A stretch of 64,000 bases of DNA from Alphaproteobacteria bacterium (GTDB lineage Bacteria; Pseudomonadota; Alphaproteobacteria; UBA828): assembly GCA_963667785.2 (NCBI GenBank), contig CAXXMU010000001.1, forward strand, positions 256,001-320,000. The letters are read 5' to 3'. The position numbers and the translations under genes were made by a program. Under the pieces are notes generated by a model. That model searched no databases and was not told where the DNA came from. It saw only the letters and a list, made by a program, of their open reading frames with translations. This document shows positions 12,964 to 22,017 of this stretch, piece after piece (position 1 is the stretch's first letter; each line of letters begins with the position of its first letter).

Positions 12964-13668
12964 ATGGCTCTCGGCAAGCGGCTTGCGCGCAGCCGGCTCG
13001 GGCTCGCCGCGCTCGCCCGGCTCTACGCCAGCTATACCGGCCTCGTCTTCGCCACGAGCCGCTGGCAGACGCGCGGGCGCGAGGACGCAGACGCCATGCT
13101 GCGGGCTGGCACGCCGTTCATCGCCGCCTTCTGGCACAATCGGCTGATGATGGCGCCGCAGGGCTGGCGGGAGAAGGCGACGATGCACGTCATCATCTCG
13201 CGCCACCGCGATGGCGAGAGCATCGCGCGCGCGGTGCGGCACCTGGGCGTGGCGGCGGTGCGTGGCTCGCGCACGCGGGGCGGCGCCGCGGCGCTGCGCA
13301 CCTCGCTGCGCCTGCTGGAGGAGGGCGGCTATCTCGGCATCACGCCTGACGGGCCGCGCGGCCCCCGAATGCGGGCGCAGCCCGGGATCATCGCCCTGGC
13401 GCGTCTCTCCGGCGCGCCGATCGTGCCCGCCACCTACGCCGTCTCGCGTCGCGTGGTGGCGGACAGCTGGGATCGCTTCGTGATCGCCCTGCCGTTCAGC
13501 CGCGGGGTCTATCTCTGGGGCCAGCCGATTCATGTCGCGGCCGGCGCCGACGACGCTGCCATGGAGCGATCGCGCCTGCTGCTCGAGGAGCGGCTCAACG
13601 CGCTGACCGACGAAGCGGACCGCATGGTCGGCGCGGAGCCGATCGAGCCGGCCGCCGCGAGCGGATGA
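12964..13668 (+). CDS. DUF374 family lipid A secondary acyltransferase (LpxJ-like)
   Basis: FWHNR, ISRHRDGE, VRGS, ITPDGPRGP, WDRFVIALPF; lies between msbA and waaA. Confidence 0.85.
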   Translation: MALGKRLARSRLGLAALARLYASYTGLVFATSRWQTRGREDADAMLRAGTPFIAAFWHNRLMMAPQGWREKATMHVIISRHRDGESIARAVRHLGVAAVRGSRTRGGAAALRTSLRLLEEGGYLGITPDGPRGPRMRAQPGIIALARLSGAPIVPATYAVSRRVVADSWDRFVIALPFSRGVYLWGQPIHVAAGADDAAMERSRLLLEERLNALTDEADRMVGAEPIEPAAASG

Positions 13669-14978
13669 TCGAGGCCCTGATCACGCCGGCAAGCTACCGT
13701 TGTGCGAGCGTGCTTGCGGCGCCGATGGTCCACGCCTGGCTCGCCCATCGGCGCCGCCGCGGCAAGGAGGATCGTGACCGTTTCGGCGAGCGGCTCGGCC
13801 GGCCCGGCCTGGCCCGGCCCGACGGCGCGCTGGTCTGGATGCACGGCGCGAGCGTCGGCGAGGGCCTGTCGCTGCTGCCGCTCGTGACGCGGCTTCGCGA
13901 AGCGCTGCCCGGCGTCGGCGTCCTCGTCACCACCGGCACGGTGACCTCGGCGCGGCTGCTGCGCGAGCGTCTGCCGGCCGGCGTGCTGCACCAGTTCGCG
14001 CCGGTCGACCGGCCGGACGCGGTCCGGCGCTTCCTCGCGCACTGGCGGCCGGCGCTCGCCGTCTGGGTGGAATCGGAGCTCTGGCCCAACCTGATCCTCG
14101 AGACCGCGGCGCGCGGCATCCCCATGCTGCTCGTCAACGGGCGCATGTCCGGCCGCTCCGCCGCGCGCTGGCGGCGGGCGCCGCACCTGAGCGGGCCGCT
14201 GCTCGCCGCCTTCGCCTGCGTGCTGGCGCAAACCGAGGCCGACGCCCGGCGCTTTCGCGCGCTCGGTGCACGCACCGTCGCCGTCCGGGGCAATCTCAAG
14301 AACGATGCGCCGCCGCTGCCGGCGGACGAGCACCTGCTGCAAAGCGCGCGGCAGGCGATGGCCGGCCGGCCCCGCTGGGCGGCCGCGAGCACGCATGACG
14401 GCGAGGAGGAGGCGATTGCGGACGCGCACGCCATCCTGCGCCGGACCGTCCCCGCTCTGCTCACCATCCTCGCGCCCCGCCATCCCGAGCGCGGTGCGGC
14501 CGTTGCCGCCATGCTCGAAGGCCGCGGCCTCACCACTGCCCGGCGATCGGCGAACGAGGCGATCGCGGCGGAGACCGCCGTCTATCTCGTCGACACACTC
14601 GGCGAGCTCGGACTGGTCTACCGCCTCGCCGACATCGCCTTCGTCGGCGGCTCGCTCGCACCCCACGGCGGGCACAATCCGCTGGAGCCGGCGCGTCTCG
14701 ACTGCGCCCTCGTGACCGGCCCCCACACGGAGAACTTCTCCGAGACCTACGCCGCGCTGGAAGACGGCGGCGCCGTCAGCCGGGTGAGCGATGCCGGCAC
14801 GCTGGCCGACGCCGTCGGCACCCTGCTCGACGACGAGACCGCCTGCGCCCGCCGCCGCGCCGCCGCCCGCGAGGCGGCACGGGCGATGGCAGGCGCGGCC
14901 GACGCGGCGCTCGGCCTCATCCGCGACCACCTCGAACCGCGCGGCGGCGATGCGCGCACCGGCGTTCTGGGCGGATGA
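13665..14978 (+). CDS. waaA: 3-deoxy-D-manno-octulosonic acid transferase
   Basis: WMHGASVGE, ESELWPN, ASTHDGEE, APRHPERG, GGHNPLEPA. Confidence 0.96.
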   Translation: MIEALITPASYRCASVLAAPMVHAWLAHRRRRGKEDRDRFGERLGRPGLARPDGALVWMHGASVGEGLSLLPLVTRLREALPGVGVLVTTGTVTSARLLRERLPAGVLHQFAPVDRPDAVRRFLAHWRPALAVWVESELWPNLILETAARGIPMLLVNGRMSGRSAARWRRAPHLSGPLLAAFACVLAQTEADARRFRALGARTVAVRGNLKNDAPPLPADEHLLQSARQAMAGRPRWAAASTHDGEEEAIADAHAILRRTVPALLTILAPRHPERGAAVAAMLEGRGLTTARRSANEAIAAETAVYLVDTLGELGLVYRLADIAFVGGSLAPHGGHNPLEPARLDCALVTGPHTENFSETYAALEDGGAVSRVSDAGTLADAVGTLLDDETACARRRAAAREAARAMAGAADAALGLIRDHLEPRGGDARTGVLGG

Positions 14979-15942
14979 GCGCGGCGGTGCCGCCGCCGCC
15001 GCGCTCGCGCCGCTCTCCTGGCTCTACCGTCTCGCCGCCGAGGCGCGCGCGGGTCTGGCCCGGCCGGAACGCGCCGCCGTGGGCGTGCTCTGCGTCGGCA
15101 ACTTCACGGTGGGCGGCGCCGGCAAGACGCCCACGGTGCTCGCCCTTGCCGCGCTGCTCGCGGAAGACGGGATCCGGCCGCATATCCTCACCCGCGGCTA
15201 TGGGGGGTGCGAGCGCGGGCCGCTCCGGGTCGATCCCGATCGGCATGACGCGCGTGCCGTCGGCGACGAGGCGCTGCTGCTGGCGCGGGCCGCACCCACC
15301 TGGCTATCCCGCGACCGGCCGGCGGGAGCCGCCTCGGCGGCCGCGGCCGGCGCACCGCTCGTGCTCATGGATGACGGCATGCAGTCGCCGGGCCTGGCGA
15401 AGGACATCTGCCTCGCGGTCGTCGATGGCGGCGCAGGCTTCGGCAATGGCCGCCTGCTGCCGGCGGGGCCGTTGCGCGAGCCGCTTGCACGCGGCCTCGG
15501 CCGGGCGCACGCGCTGGTTCTCGTCGGGCCCGACCGGCGGGGCGCGCTCGCCGCGCTCGGCGCGCACGACCTGCCGGTGATCGAGGCGTCGCTGGTGCCG
15601 GGCGAGGAGGTTCGGGCGCTCCGCGAGCGGCCGCTCGTCGCCTTCGCCGGGATCGGGCGGCCCGGCAAGTTCTTCGAGACCCTGGCGGACAGCGGGTGCA
15701 CGGTGATCGCGCGCCATGCCTTCCCCGACCACCACCGCTACACGTCCGGCGAGATCGCGGCCATCGTCGCGCAGGCGAAGGAGCGGGACGCAGTCGCGGT
15801 GACGACCGAGAAGGACCATGTGCGCCTGCCGGCGGAGACGCGCGCGCTGGTGTGCGCGCTGCCCGTGACGCTGGTCTGGCGCGACCCCGCGGAAGCGCGG
15901 GCCCTGCTGGCGCCGCTCGTGGCGCGCTGCCGCCGTGCGTAG
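14950..15942 (+). CDS. lpxK: Tetraacyldisaccharide 4'-kinase
   Basis: VGNFTVGGAGKTP, RGYG, GDEALLL, DDGMQ, LPAGPLRE, TTEKD. Confidence 0.96.
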   Translation: MRAPAFWADERGGAAAAALAPLSWLYRLAAEARAGLARPERAAVGVLCVGNFTVGGAGKTPTVLALAALLAEDGIRPHILTRGYGGCERGPLRVDPDRHDARAVGDEALLLARAAPTWLSRDRPAGAASAAAAGAPLVLMDDGMQSPGLAKDICLAVVDGGAGFGNGRLLPAGPLREPLARGLGRAHALVLVGPDRRGALAALGAHDLPVIEASLVPGEEVRALRERPLVAFAGIGRPGKFFETLADSGCTVIARHAFPDHHRYTSGEIAAIVAQAKERDAVAVTTEKDHVRLPAETRALVCALPVTLVWRDPAEARALLAPLVARCRRA

Positions 15943-16825
15943 GGCGCGGCCGGCGCGCGCCGCGCGGTACCTGTGCGAAGCCGCCGCCGTCGCCACCCTG
16001 CTCGCGTTCTTTCGCATGCTGCCGCTGGACTGGGCATCGGCCCTCGGCGCATGCATCGGGGGTCTGCTGGGGCCGGCGCTTCCGGTGCACCGGCGCGGCC
16101 TCGAGAACATGGCCCGGGCGCTGCCGGAGCTCTCCGAGGCCGAGGTTCGGGCTTGCGCGCGGCGCATGTGGCGCCATCTCGGCCGCACCGCCGCGGAATA
16201 CCCGCATCTCCGGCGCTTCTCGATCGAGAGGTCAGACGGACGGGTCGAGCTAGTCGGCCGCGACAATCTGGAGGAAGCCCGGCGCTCGCCCACGGGCGGG
16301 ATCTTCGTCACCGGCCACATCGGCAATTGGGAGCTCACCGTGCTTCCGGCGGAGCAGACCGGCATCCCGCTTGCCACCGTCTACCGGACGGCAAACAACC
16401 CGATCGTGGACCGAATGATCCAGCGGCTGAGGAGCGGGGTCGGGCAGCTCTACCTGCCCAAGGGCGCGAGCGGCGCCCGCGAGATGGTGCGCGCGCTCGG
16501 GGCGGGCAAGCACCTCCTTCTCCTGGTGGATCAGAAGCTCAACACCGGCATACCGGTGCCGTTCTTCGGTCGCGATGCCATGACCCCGCCTGCGGTGGCG
16601 GCGCTCGCGCTCAAGTACGACTGCCCGCTCTGGCCGCTTCGGGTCGAGCGGCTGAAGGGCGCGACCTTCCGCGTGACCGTGCTGCCTAAGCTCGCCATCC
16701 CGGAGGCCGGCACCCGGGAGGAACGCATCCGCGTCATCATGGTCGCCATCAACGCCACGCTCGAAGGCTGGATCCGCGAGCGGCCCGAGCAGTGGCTGTG
16801 GCTCCACCGGCGCTGGCCGGACTGA
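15935..16825 (+). CDS. Lipid A lauroyl/acyltransferase (LpxL/HtrB family)
   Basis: GHIGNWE, DQK, PFFG, PEQWLWLHRRW. Confidence 0.93.
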   Translation: MRRARPARAARYLCEAAAVATLLAFFRMLPLDWASALGACIGGLLGPALPVHRRGLENMARALPELSEAEVRACARRMWRHLGRTAAEYPHLRRFSIERSDGRVELVGRDNLEEARRSPTGGIFVTGHIGNWELTVLPAEQTGIPLATVYRTANNPIVDRMIQRLRSGVGQLYLPKGASGAREMVRALGAGKHLLLLVDQKLNTGIPVPFFGRDAMTPPAVAALALKYDCPLWPLRVERLKGATFRVTVLPKLAIPEAGTREERIRVIMVAINATLEGWIRERPEQWLWLHRRWPD

Positions 16826-16937
16826 GGCGTGCCCGCGCGCCGGAGCCCGGCGGTTGCGGACGAATGCCCCGCGCCTGTAGTAAGGAGGCACCCGGGCACG
16901 CAGCCCCGAGACATCCCCTGCCAGAGCGAGGACGTCG

Positions 16938-18026
16938 ATGACGAAACCGGTAGGCGTTGGCTTTCTGGGTTCGCAGTTCGTGAGCGGGATTCACGCCCGC
17001 GCGCTCGTGCGCAATCCGCACGCGAACCTCGTCGCGGTGGCATCGCCCACGCCGGGCCATGCCGAGACCTTCGCCGGGACCTACGGCCTCCCCCATCACC
17101 ACACCGATCATCGCCCGCTGCTGGAGCGGGACGATATCGACATGGTGGTCATCGGCACGCCCAACGACACCCACTGCCGGCTGGTGCTGGACTGCGCGGC
17201 CGCCGGCAAGCATGTCGTGCTGGAGAAGCCGATGTGCCTGAGCCTGGCCGAGGCCGACAGCATGGTCGCCGCCTGCGCCGATGCCGGCGTGCTCTTCATG
17301 TATGCCGAGGAGGTGTGCTTCGCGCCCAAGTACGTGCGCATGAAGTCGCTGCTCGATTCCGGTGCGCTGGGCAGGCCGACCCTCGTCAAGCAGTCGGAGA
17401 AGCATGACGGTCCCCACGCGCCCCATTTCTGGGACGTCGATCGCGCCGGCGGCGGCGTGCTCGCCGACATGGGCTGCCACGGCATCGCCTTCGCCCGCTG
17501 GATGCTCGACCGGGTGCCGATCGTCTCGGTCTACGCCCAGCTCTCGACCCAGGTGCACGGCGACAAGACCAGGGGCGAGGACAACGCGCTGCTCGTCCTC
17601 GAGTTCGAGGGGGGCTGCCTCTTCCTGAACGAGACGAGCTGGACCAAGCCCGGCGGCATGGACGACCGGGCCGAGGTGCACGGCTCCGAGGGCGTGGCCT
17701 ACGCCGACCTGCTGCACGGCAACTCGATCGAGACCTACAGCCGCGCGGGCTACGACTACGCGGTGGAGAAGGCCGGCAGCACCCAGGGCTGGAGCTTCAC
17801 GATCTACGAGGAGGAGTGGAACTACGGCTTCTGGGGCGAATTCGACCACTTCGTGGACTGCGTGCAGAACGGCACGGCCCCGCTGGTGACCGGAGAGGAC
17901 GCCCGCGCGGTGCAGGAGGTCCTGTTCGCTGCCTACGAATCCGCCCGCACCGGCGCCAAGGTGAGGCTCCCGTTCAGGACCGACGCGGCCAAGCCCTGGG
18001 ACCTCTGGCGGGGCGGCGCGGGGTGA
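16938..18026 (+). CDS. Gfo/Idh/MocA family NAD(P)-dependent oxidoreductase
   Basis: TPNDTH, GKHVVLEKP, GGGVLADMGCH. Confidence 0.93.
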   Translation: MTKPVGVGFLGSQFVSGIHARALVRNPHANLVAVASPTPGHAETFAGTYGLPHHHTDHRPLLERDDIDMVVIGTPNDTHCRLVLDCAAAGKHVVLEKPMCLSLAEADSMVAACADAGVLFMYAEEVCFAPKYVRMKSLLDSGALGRPTLVKQSEKHDGPHAPHFWDVDRAGGGVLADMGCHGIAFARWMLDRVPIVSVYAQLSTQVHGDKTRGEDNALLVLEFEGGCLFLNETSWTKPGGMDDRAEVHGSEGVAYADLLHGNSIETYSRAGYDYAVEKAGSTQGWSFTIYEEEWNYGFWGEFDHFVDCVQNGTAPLVTGEDARAVQEVLFAAYESARTGAKVRLPFRTDAAKPWDLWRGGAG

Positions 18027-18030
18027 GGCG

Positions 18031-18759
18031 GTGCGGTTTGCCGTCCTGCCGGATCGGGAGGCGCTGGATCGGGAGGCGGCGGCGCTGGTCTGGGAGGCGG
18101 TCGGCGCAAGGCCCGACCTCCTGATCTGCCTCGCCAGCGGGGAGACGCCCACAGGGACCTACGCGCTGCTCGCCGGGGCCCCGGAACGGCTCGCCAGCGC
18201 GCGCTTCATCCAGCTCGACGAGTGGGCCGGCCTCGGTGCCGACGATCCGGCGAGCTGCGCCGCCTACCTGGAGCGCACGGTGCGCGGTCCCCTTGCGGTG
18301 CCGGCGGAGCGCTGGATCGGCTTTCGCGGCGCGGCACCCGATAGTGCCGCGGAGTGCCGCCGGGTCGAAGAGGCGCTGAGGGCGGCGGGCCCCATCGACC
18401 TCTGCATCCTCGGCCTCGGGCGCAACGGACATCTCGCGCTGAACGAGCCGGCGGCGAGCTTCGATCCCTTCTGCCATGTCGCGACGCTTGCCGAGCAGTC
18501 GCGCGCGCACCCCATGCTGGCCGGAACCGCCGGCCCGGTGCGGCAGGGACTGACGCTCGGCCTCGGCGACATCCTGCGCGCGCGGCGCATCCTGCTGCTG
18601 GTCGCTGGCCCCGCCAAGCGGGAGCCGCTCGCCCGGCTCGCGGCCGGCCGCGTCACGCCGCAGCTCCCGGCCTCGTTCCTCTGGCTGCACGGGAACGTGA
18701 CCTGCCTCTGCGATGAGGCGGCGGCGGCGGGCGCCCGGCTCGAGGGCGCCGGGCCATGA
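18031..18759 (+). CDS. Glucosamine/galactosamine-6-phosphate isomerase family (NagB/YieK-like)
   Basis: LASGETP, QLDEW, LGLGRNGHLALNEP, PASFLWLH. Confidence 0.88.
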   Translation: MRFAVLPDREALDREAAALVWEAVGARPDLLICLASGETPTGTYALLAGAPERLASARFIQLDEWAGLGADDPASCAAYLERTVRGPLAVPAERWIGFRGAAPDSAAECRRVEEALRAAGPIDLCILGLGRNGHLALNEPAASFDPFCHVATLAEQSRAHPMLAGTAGPVRQGLTLGLGDILRARRILLLVAGPAKREPLARLAAGRVTPQLPASFLWLHGNVTCLCDEAAAAGARLEGAGP

Positions 18760-19666
18760 GCCGGCTTGCGCTCGGCGTCGATATCGGCGGCACCAAGATC
18801 GCGGTCGGCGCGGTCGATGCGGGCGGCGCGATACACGCGCGGCGGACCATCGCGACGGACGTCGAGGCCGGCTTCGATGCAGGCCTCGCACGGCTGGTGC
18901 AGGCCATCGACGAGACGGTGGCCGAGACCCGTGCAGACCCGGCTGCGCTCGCGGGTATCGGCCTCGGCTGCCCCGGCCCCTTCGACGAGGCGAGCGGGCG
19001 GATCGAGAACTTCTACACGCTCCCCGGCTGGGAGGGGAACGACATCGTGAGCCCGCTCGCCGCCCGCTATCGGACCCCGGTGCGCCTCGTCAACGATGCC
19101 GATGCGGCTCTGCTCGGCGAGGCGCTGGCAGGCGCTGCCCGCGGCGCGCGTATCGCCGTCATGCTGACCGTCGGCACCGGCATCGGCGGCGCGGCGCTGA
19201 TCGACGGCGCGATCCTGCGGGGTGCGGCCGGCGCCCATCCCGAGATCGGCCACCTGGTCGTCGATCCCGCCGGCCCGGAATGCTACTGCGGGCAGCACGG
19301 CTGCCTCGAGGCGCTCGCCGCGGGCCCGGCGCTGGCGCGGGCGGGCGCGGGGCTCGACTATGCCGATGCCGAGGCCGTCTTCGCCGCCGCCGCGGCCGGC
19401 GCGGCGCCTGCCGAGGCCATCGTCGCCCGCAGTGCCGACGCGATGGAAGTCGCCGTCTGGAGCCTCATCCACGCCTTCCTGCCCGAGGTGATCCTCTTCG
19501 GCGGAGGCATGGGAGAGCGGCACTTCGCGCTCTATCGCGACGCTGCCGGCGCGCCGTCGCGCGGGCCGTGCTGGCACCCGCCGGTGCGATCCGCGTGGTC
19601 AAGGCGACGCTCGGCAACGACGCCGGCATGGTCGGCGCCGCGGCGCTCATGCTGGAGGATGCCTGA
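18756..19666 (+). pseudogene. ROK family sugar kinase with an apparent 1-nt frameshift near 19549 (pseudogene or assembly error)
   Basis: GVDIGGTK, NDADAA, GTGIGG, EIGH, CYCGQHGCLE in one frame; the conserved end LGNDAGMVGAA is in another frame ending at 19666. Confidence 0.8.
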
Positions 19667-19735
19667 GCGACGCCGGGTGCGGACCCCGGCCCTTCCGCGC
19701 TAGACTCGGGCCTCGCAGGCAACGCGCGAGCGACC

Positions 19736-21382
19736 ATGGCCATGCCGTCGTCACAGGAAGCCCCCGGAAGCCACCGGCGCGTCGCAGCGGAAGCGGACGT
19801 CGATGCGGTCGTCGTCGGCGCCGGCTTCGCGGGCCTCTACATGCTCCATCGGCTGCGCGCGATGGGGCTCCGGGTGCGCGTCTTCGAGAAGGGCGACGGG
19901 GTCGGCGGCACCTGGTACTGGAACCGCTATCCCGGCGCCCGTTGCGACACCGACAGCGTCGAATACTCCTACCAGTTCTCCGACGCGCTGCAGCAGGAGT
20001 GGCGTTGGACCGAGCGCTTCGCGACGCAACCGGAGATCCTGCGCTATCTGGAGCATGTCGCCGACCGCTTCGACCTTCGCCGCGACATCGCGTTCGGCAC
20101 CACCGTCACCGAGGCGGCGTTCGACGATGCGGCGGGATGCTGGCGGATCGCGACCGACGACGGCGCCAGGCTTTCCGCCACCTACTGTGTCATGGCCACC
20201 GGCTGCCTTTCTGCCGTCAACCGGCCGGCGTTCGACGGACTCGATCGCTTCGCCGGCGCCTGGTACCACACCGGCGCCTGGCCCCATGACGAGGTATCCT
20301 TCGCCGGCCAGCACGTCGGCGTCGTCGGCACCGGCTCGTCGGCCATTCAAGCGATTCCGCTGATCGCAGCCGAGGCGCGCCACCTCACCGTCTTCCAGCG
20401 CCAGGCGAACTACACCGTACCCGCCCGAAACGCGCCGCTGGACGAGGCCGAGTACGCCGCCATCAGGGAGAGCTACGGGGAGCTGCGGCGCCAGGCGAGC
20501 GAGACGCCGACCGGCTGCTGGTGGGCCGTGAACCAGGCGGCGGCGGAAGAGATGAGCGCCGAGGAGCGAGAGCGGGAGCTCGAAGCCCGCTGGCAGGTCG
20601 GCGGGCTCCGCATGTACGGCGTCTTCAAGGACGTGCTGGTCAACGGCGAGGCGAACGACATCGCGGCCTCGTTCATCCGCGACAAGATCCGCGCCCAGGT
20701 CCGCGATCCCGAGGTGGCGGCGCTGCTCTCGCCGCACTCCTATGTCGGCTGCAAGCGCATCTGCCTCGATACCGACTACTACGCCACCTTCAACCGGCCC
20801 AACGTGACGTTGGTGGACATCAGCGAGGCGCCGATCGAGGAAATCACGCCCACCGGGCTGCGCTCCGGCGGCAGGCACTATGCACTCGACGCGATCGTCT
20901 TCGCGACCGGATACGACGCGATGACGGGGCCCCTGTTCAGGATCGACATCCGCGGCCGGGGCGGGAGGACGCTGAAGGCGACGTGGGCCGACGGCCCCCG
21001 CACCTATCTCGGCCTCGCCGTCGAAGGCTTCCCCAACCTGTTCACCATCACGGGCCCCACCAGCCCCTCGGTGCTCACCAACATGGTCCCGGCCATCGAG
21101 CAGCATGCGGAGTGGATCGCCGGCTGCATCGCGCACGCGCGCGGCACGGGCCGCCCGTGCATCGAGGCGAGCCGCGCGGCGGAGGATGCATGGATGGCCC
21201 ACCACGAGGAGGTGGCGGGGGGCACCCTCTTCCCCTCCTGCAACTCCTGGTATGTCGGCGCCAACGTCGACGGCAAGCCGCGCCGCGTGATGCCCTACAC
21301 CGGCGGCTTTCCGGACTATGTCGCGACGTGCGACGCGGTGGCCGCCAGCGGCTACGAGGGGTTCACGCTGACCGCCGCATGA
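19736..21382 (+). CDS. Type I Baeyer-Villiger monooxygenase (cyclohexanone monooxygenase-like)
   Basis: GAGFAG, GGTWYWNRYPGARCD, fingerprint FAGAWYHTGAWP, GTGSSA, GCKR, ATGYDA. Confidence 0.95.
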   Translation: MAMPSSQEAPGSHRRVAAEADVDAVVVGAGFAGLYMLHRLRAMGLRVRVFEKGDGVGGTWYWNRYPGARCDTDSVEYSYQFSDALQQEWRWTERFATQPEILRYLEHVADRFDLRRDIAFGTTVTEAAFDDAAGCWRIATDDGARLSATYCVMATGCLSAVNRPAFDGLDRFAGAWYHTGAWPHDEVSFAGQHVGVVGTGSSAIQAIPLIAAEARHLTVFQRQANYTVPARNAPLDEAEYAAIRESYGELRRQASETPTGCWWAVNQAAAEEMSAEERERELEARWQVGGLRMYGVFKDVLVNGEANDIAASFIRDKIRAQVRDPEVAALLSPHSYVGCKRICLDTDYYATFNRPNVTLVDISEAPIEEITPTGLRSGGRHYALDAIVFATGYDAMTGPLFRIDIRGRGGRTLKATWADGPRTYLGLAVEGFPNLFTITGPTSPSVLTNMVPAIEQHAEWIAGCIAHARGTGRPCIEASRAAEDAWMAHHEEVAGGTLFPSCNSWYVGANVDGKPRRVMPYTGGFPDYVATCDAVAASGYEGFTLTAA

Positions 21383-21473
21383 GCCGCCCGTTCTGAGTCG
21401 CGCGCGCCCGCAGGGTCACGCGCGCGGAGCAATATCGCCCGTGCCGGGGGAATTCCGGCCAACGGCAGGCGGG

Positions 21474-21914
21474 TTAACCCTCCCCGCGCCGTCCCGGCGG
21501 GGGCTCGCAGGGCTCGGTGCCCATGTCGGCGGGCACGGAAATCTCGATCAGGTCGAACGTGTCGGAGGTGGCGATCTCGTTGTGCGGCGTGCCGCCGGGG
21601 ATGTAGAGGGAATCCCCTTCCTCGATGCGGATGGTCTCGTCCTCGAAGGCGAGGTCGATCCAGCCGCTCAGCATGTAGACGATCTGCCCCTCGCAGATGT
21701 GTGTGTGCCAGCCCGTGGGCCGGGTGAGCCCGGCCTTGGCCGAGGTGATCTGGGCGCGGATGCGTCCGTCGCTCGCCGCCGTGATGCCGAGGTCGCGGTA
21801 GGTGAGGAAGTCGCGCCTTCCCGGCATGAAGGTGGGGTCGTCCTTCCTGACCAGTGTGAAGGGTGGCTGCCGCTCGTCCGGGCCTAGCGCCGTCGCCGCC
21901 TGAGCCTTGGTCAT
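21474..21914 (-). CDS. Cupin domain protein
   Basis: GWHTH..Q..YMLSG and GDSLYIPGGTPHNE cupin motifs. Confidence 0.9.
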   Translation of the reverse strand: MTKAQAATALGPDERQPPFTLVRKDDPTFMPGRRDFLTYRDLGITAASDGRIRAQITSAKAGLTRPTGWHTHICEGQIVYMLSGWIDLAFEDETIRIEEGDSLYIPGGTPHNEIATSDTFDLIEISVPADMGTEPCEPPPGRRGEG

Positions 21915-22017
21915 GGCGCTCGCTCCTCTTCGCCGGGGGAGGCGTCATGGTAGGAAGCGCCGCCCGGCCTGACAAGCCGATCGCCGCCGGCCCGCGCGAC
22001 GCGGCTCCGCGCCGGCC

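Noticed and set aside
11183-16825. Lipid A gene block as a novel system
   Set aside because: msbA-DUF374-waaA-lpxK-lpxL is an ordinary alphaproteobacterial arrangement.
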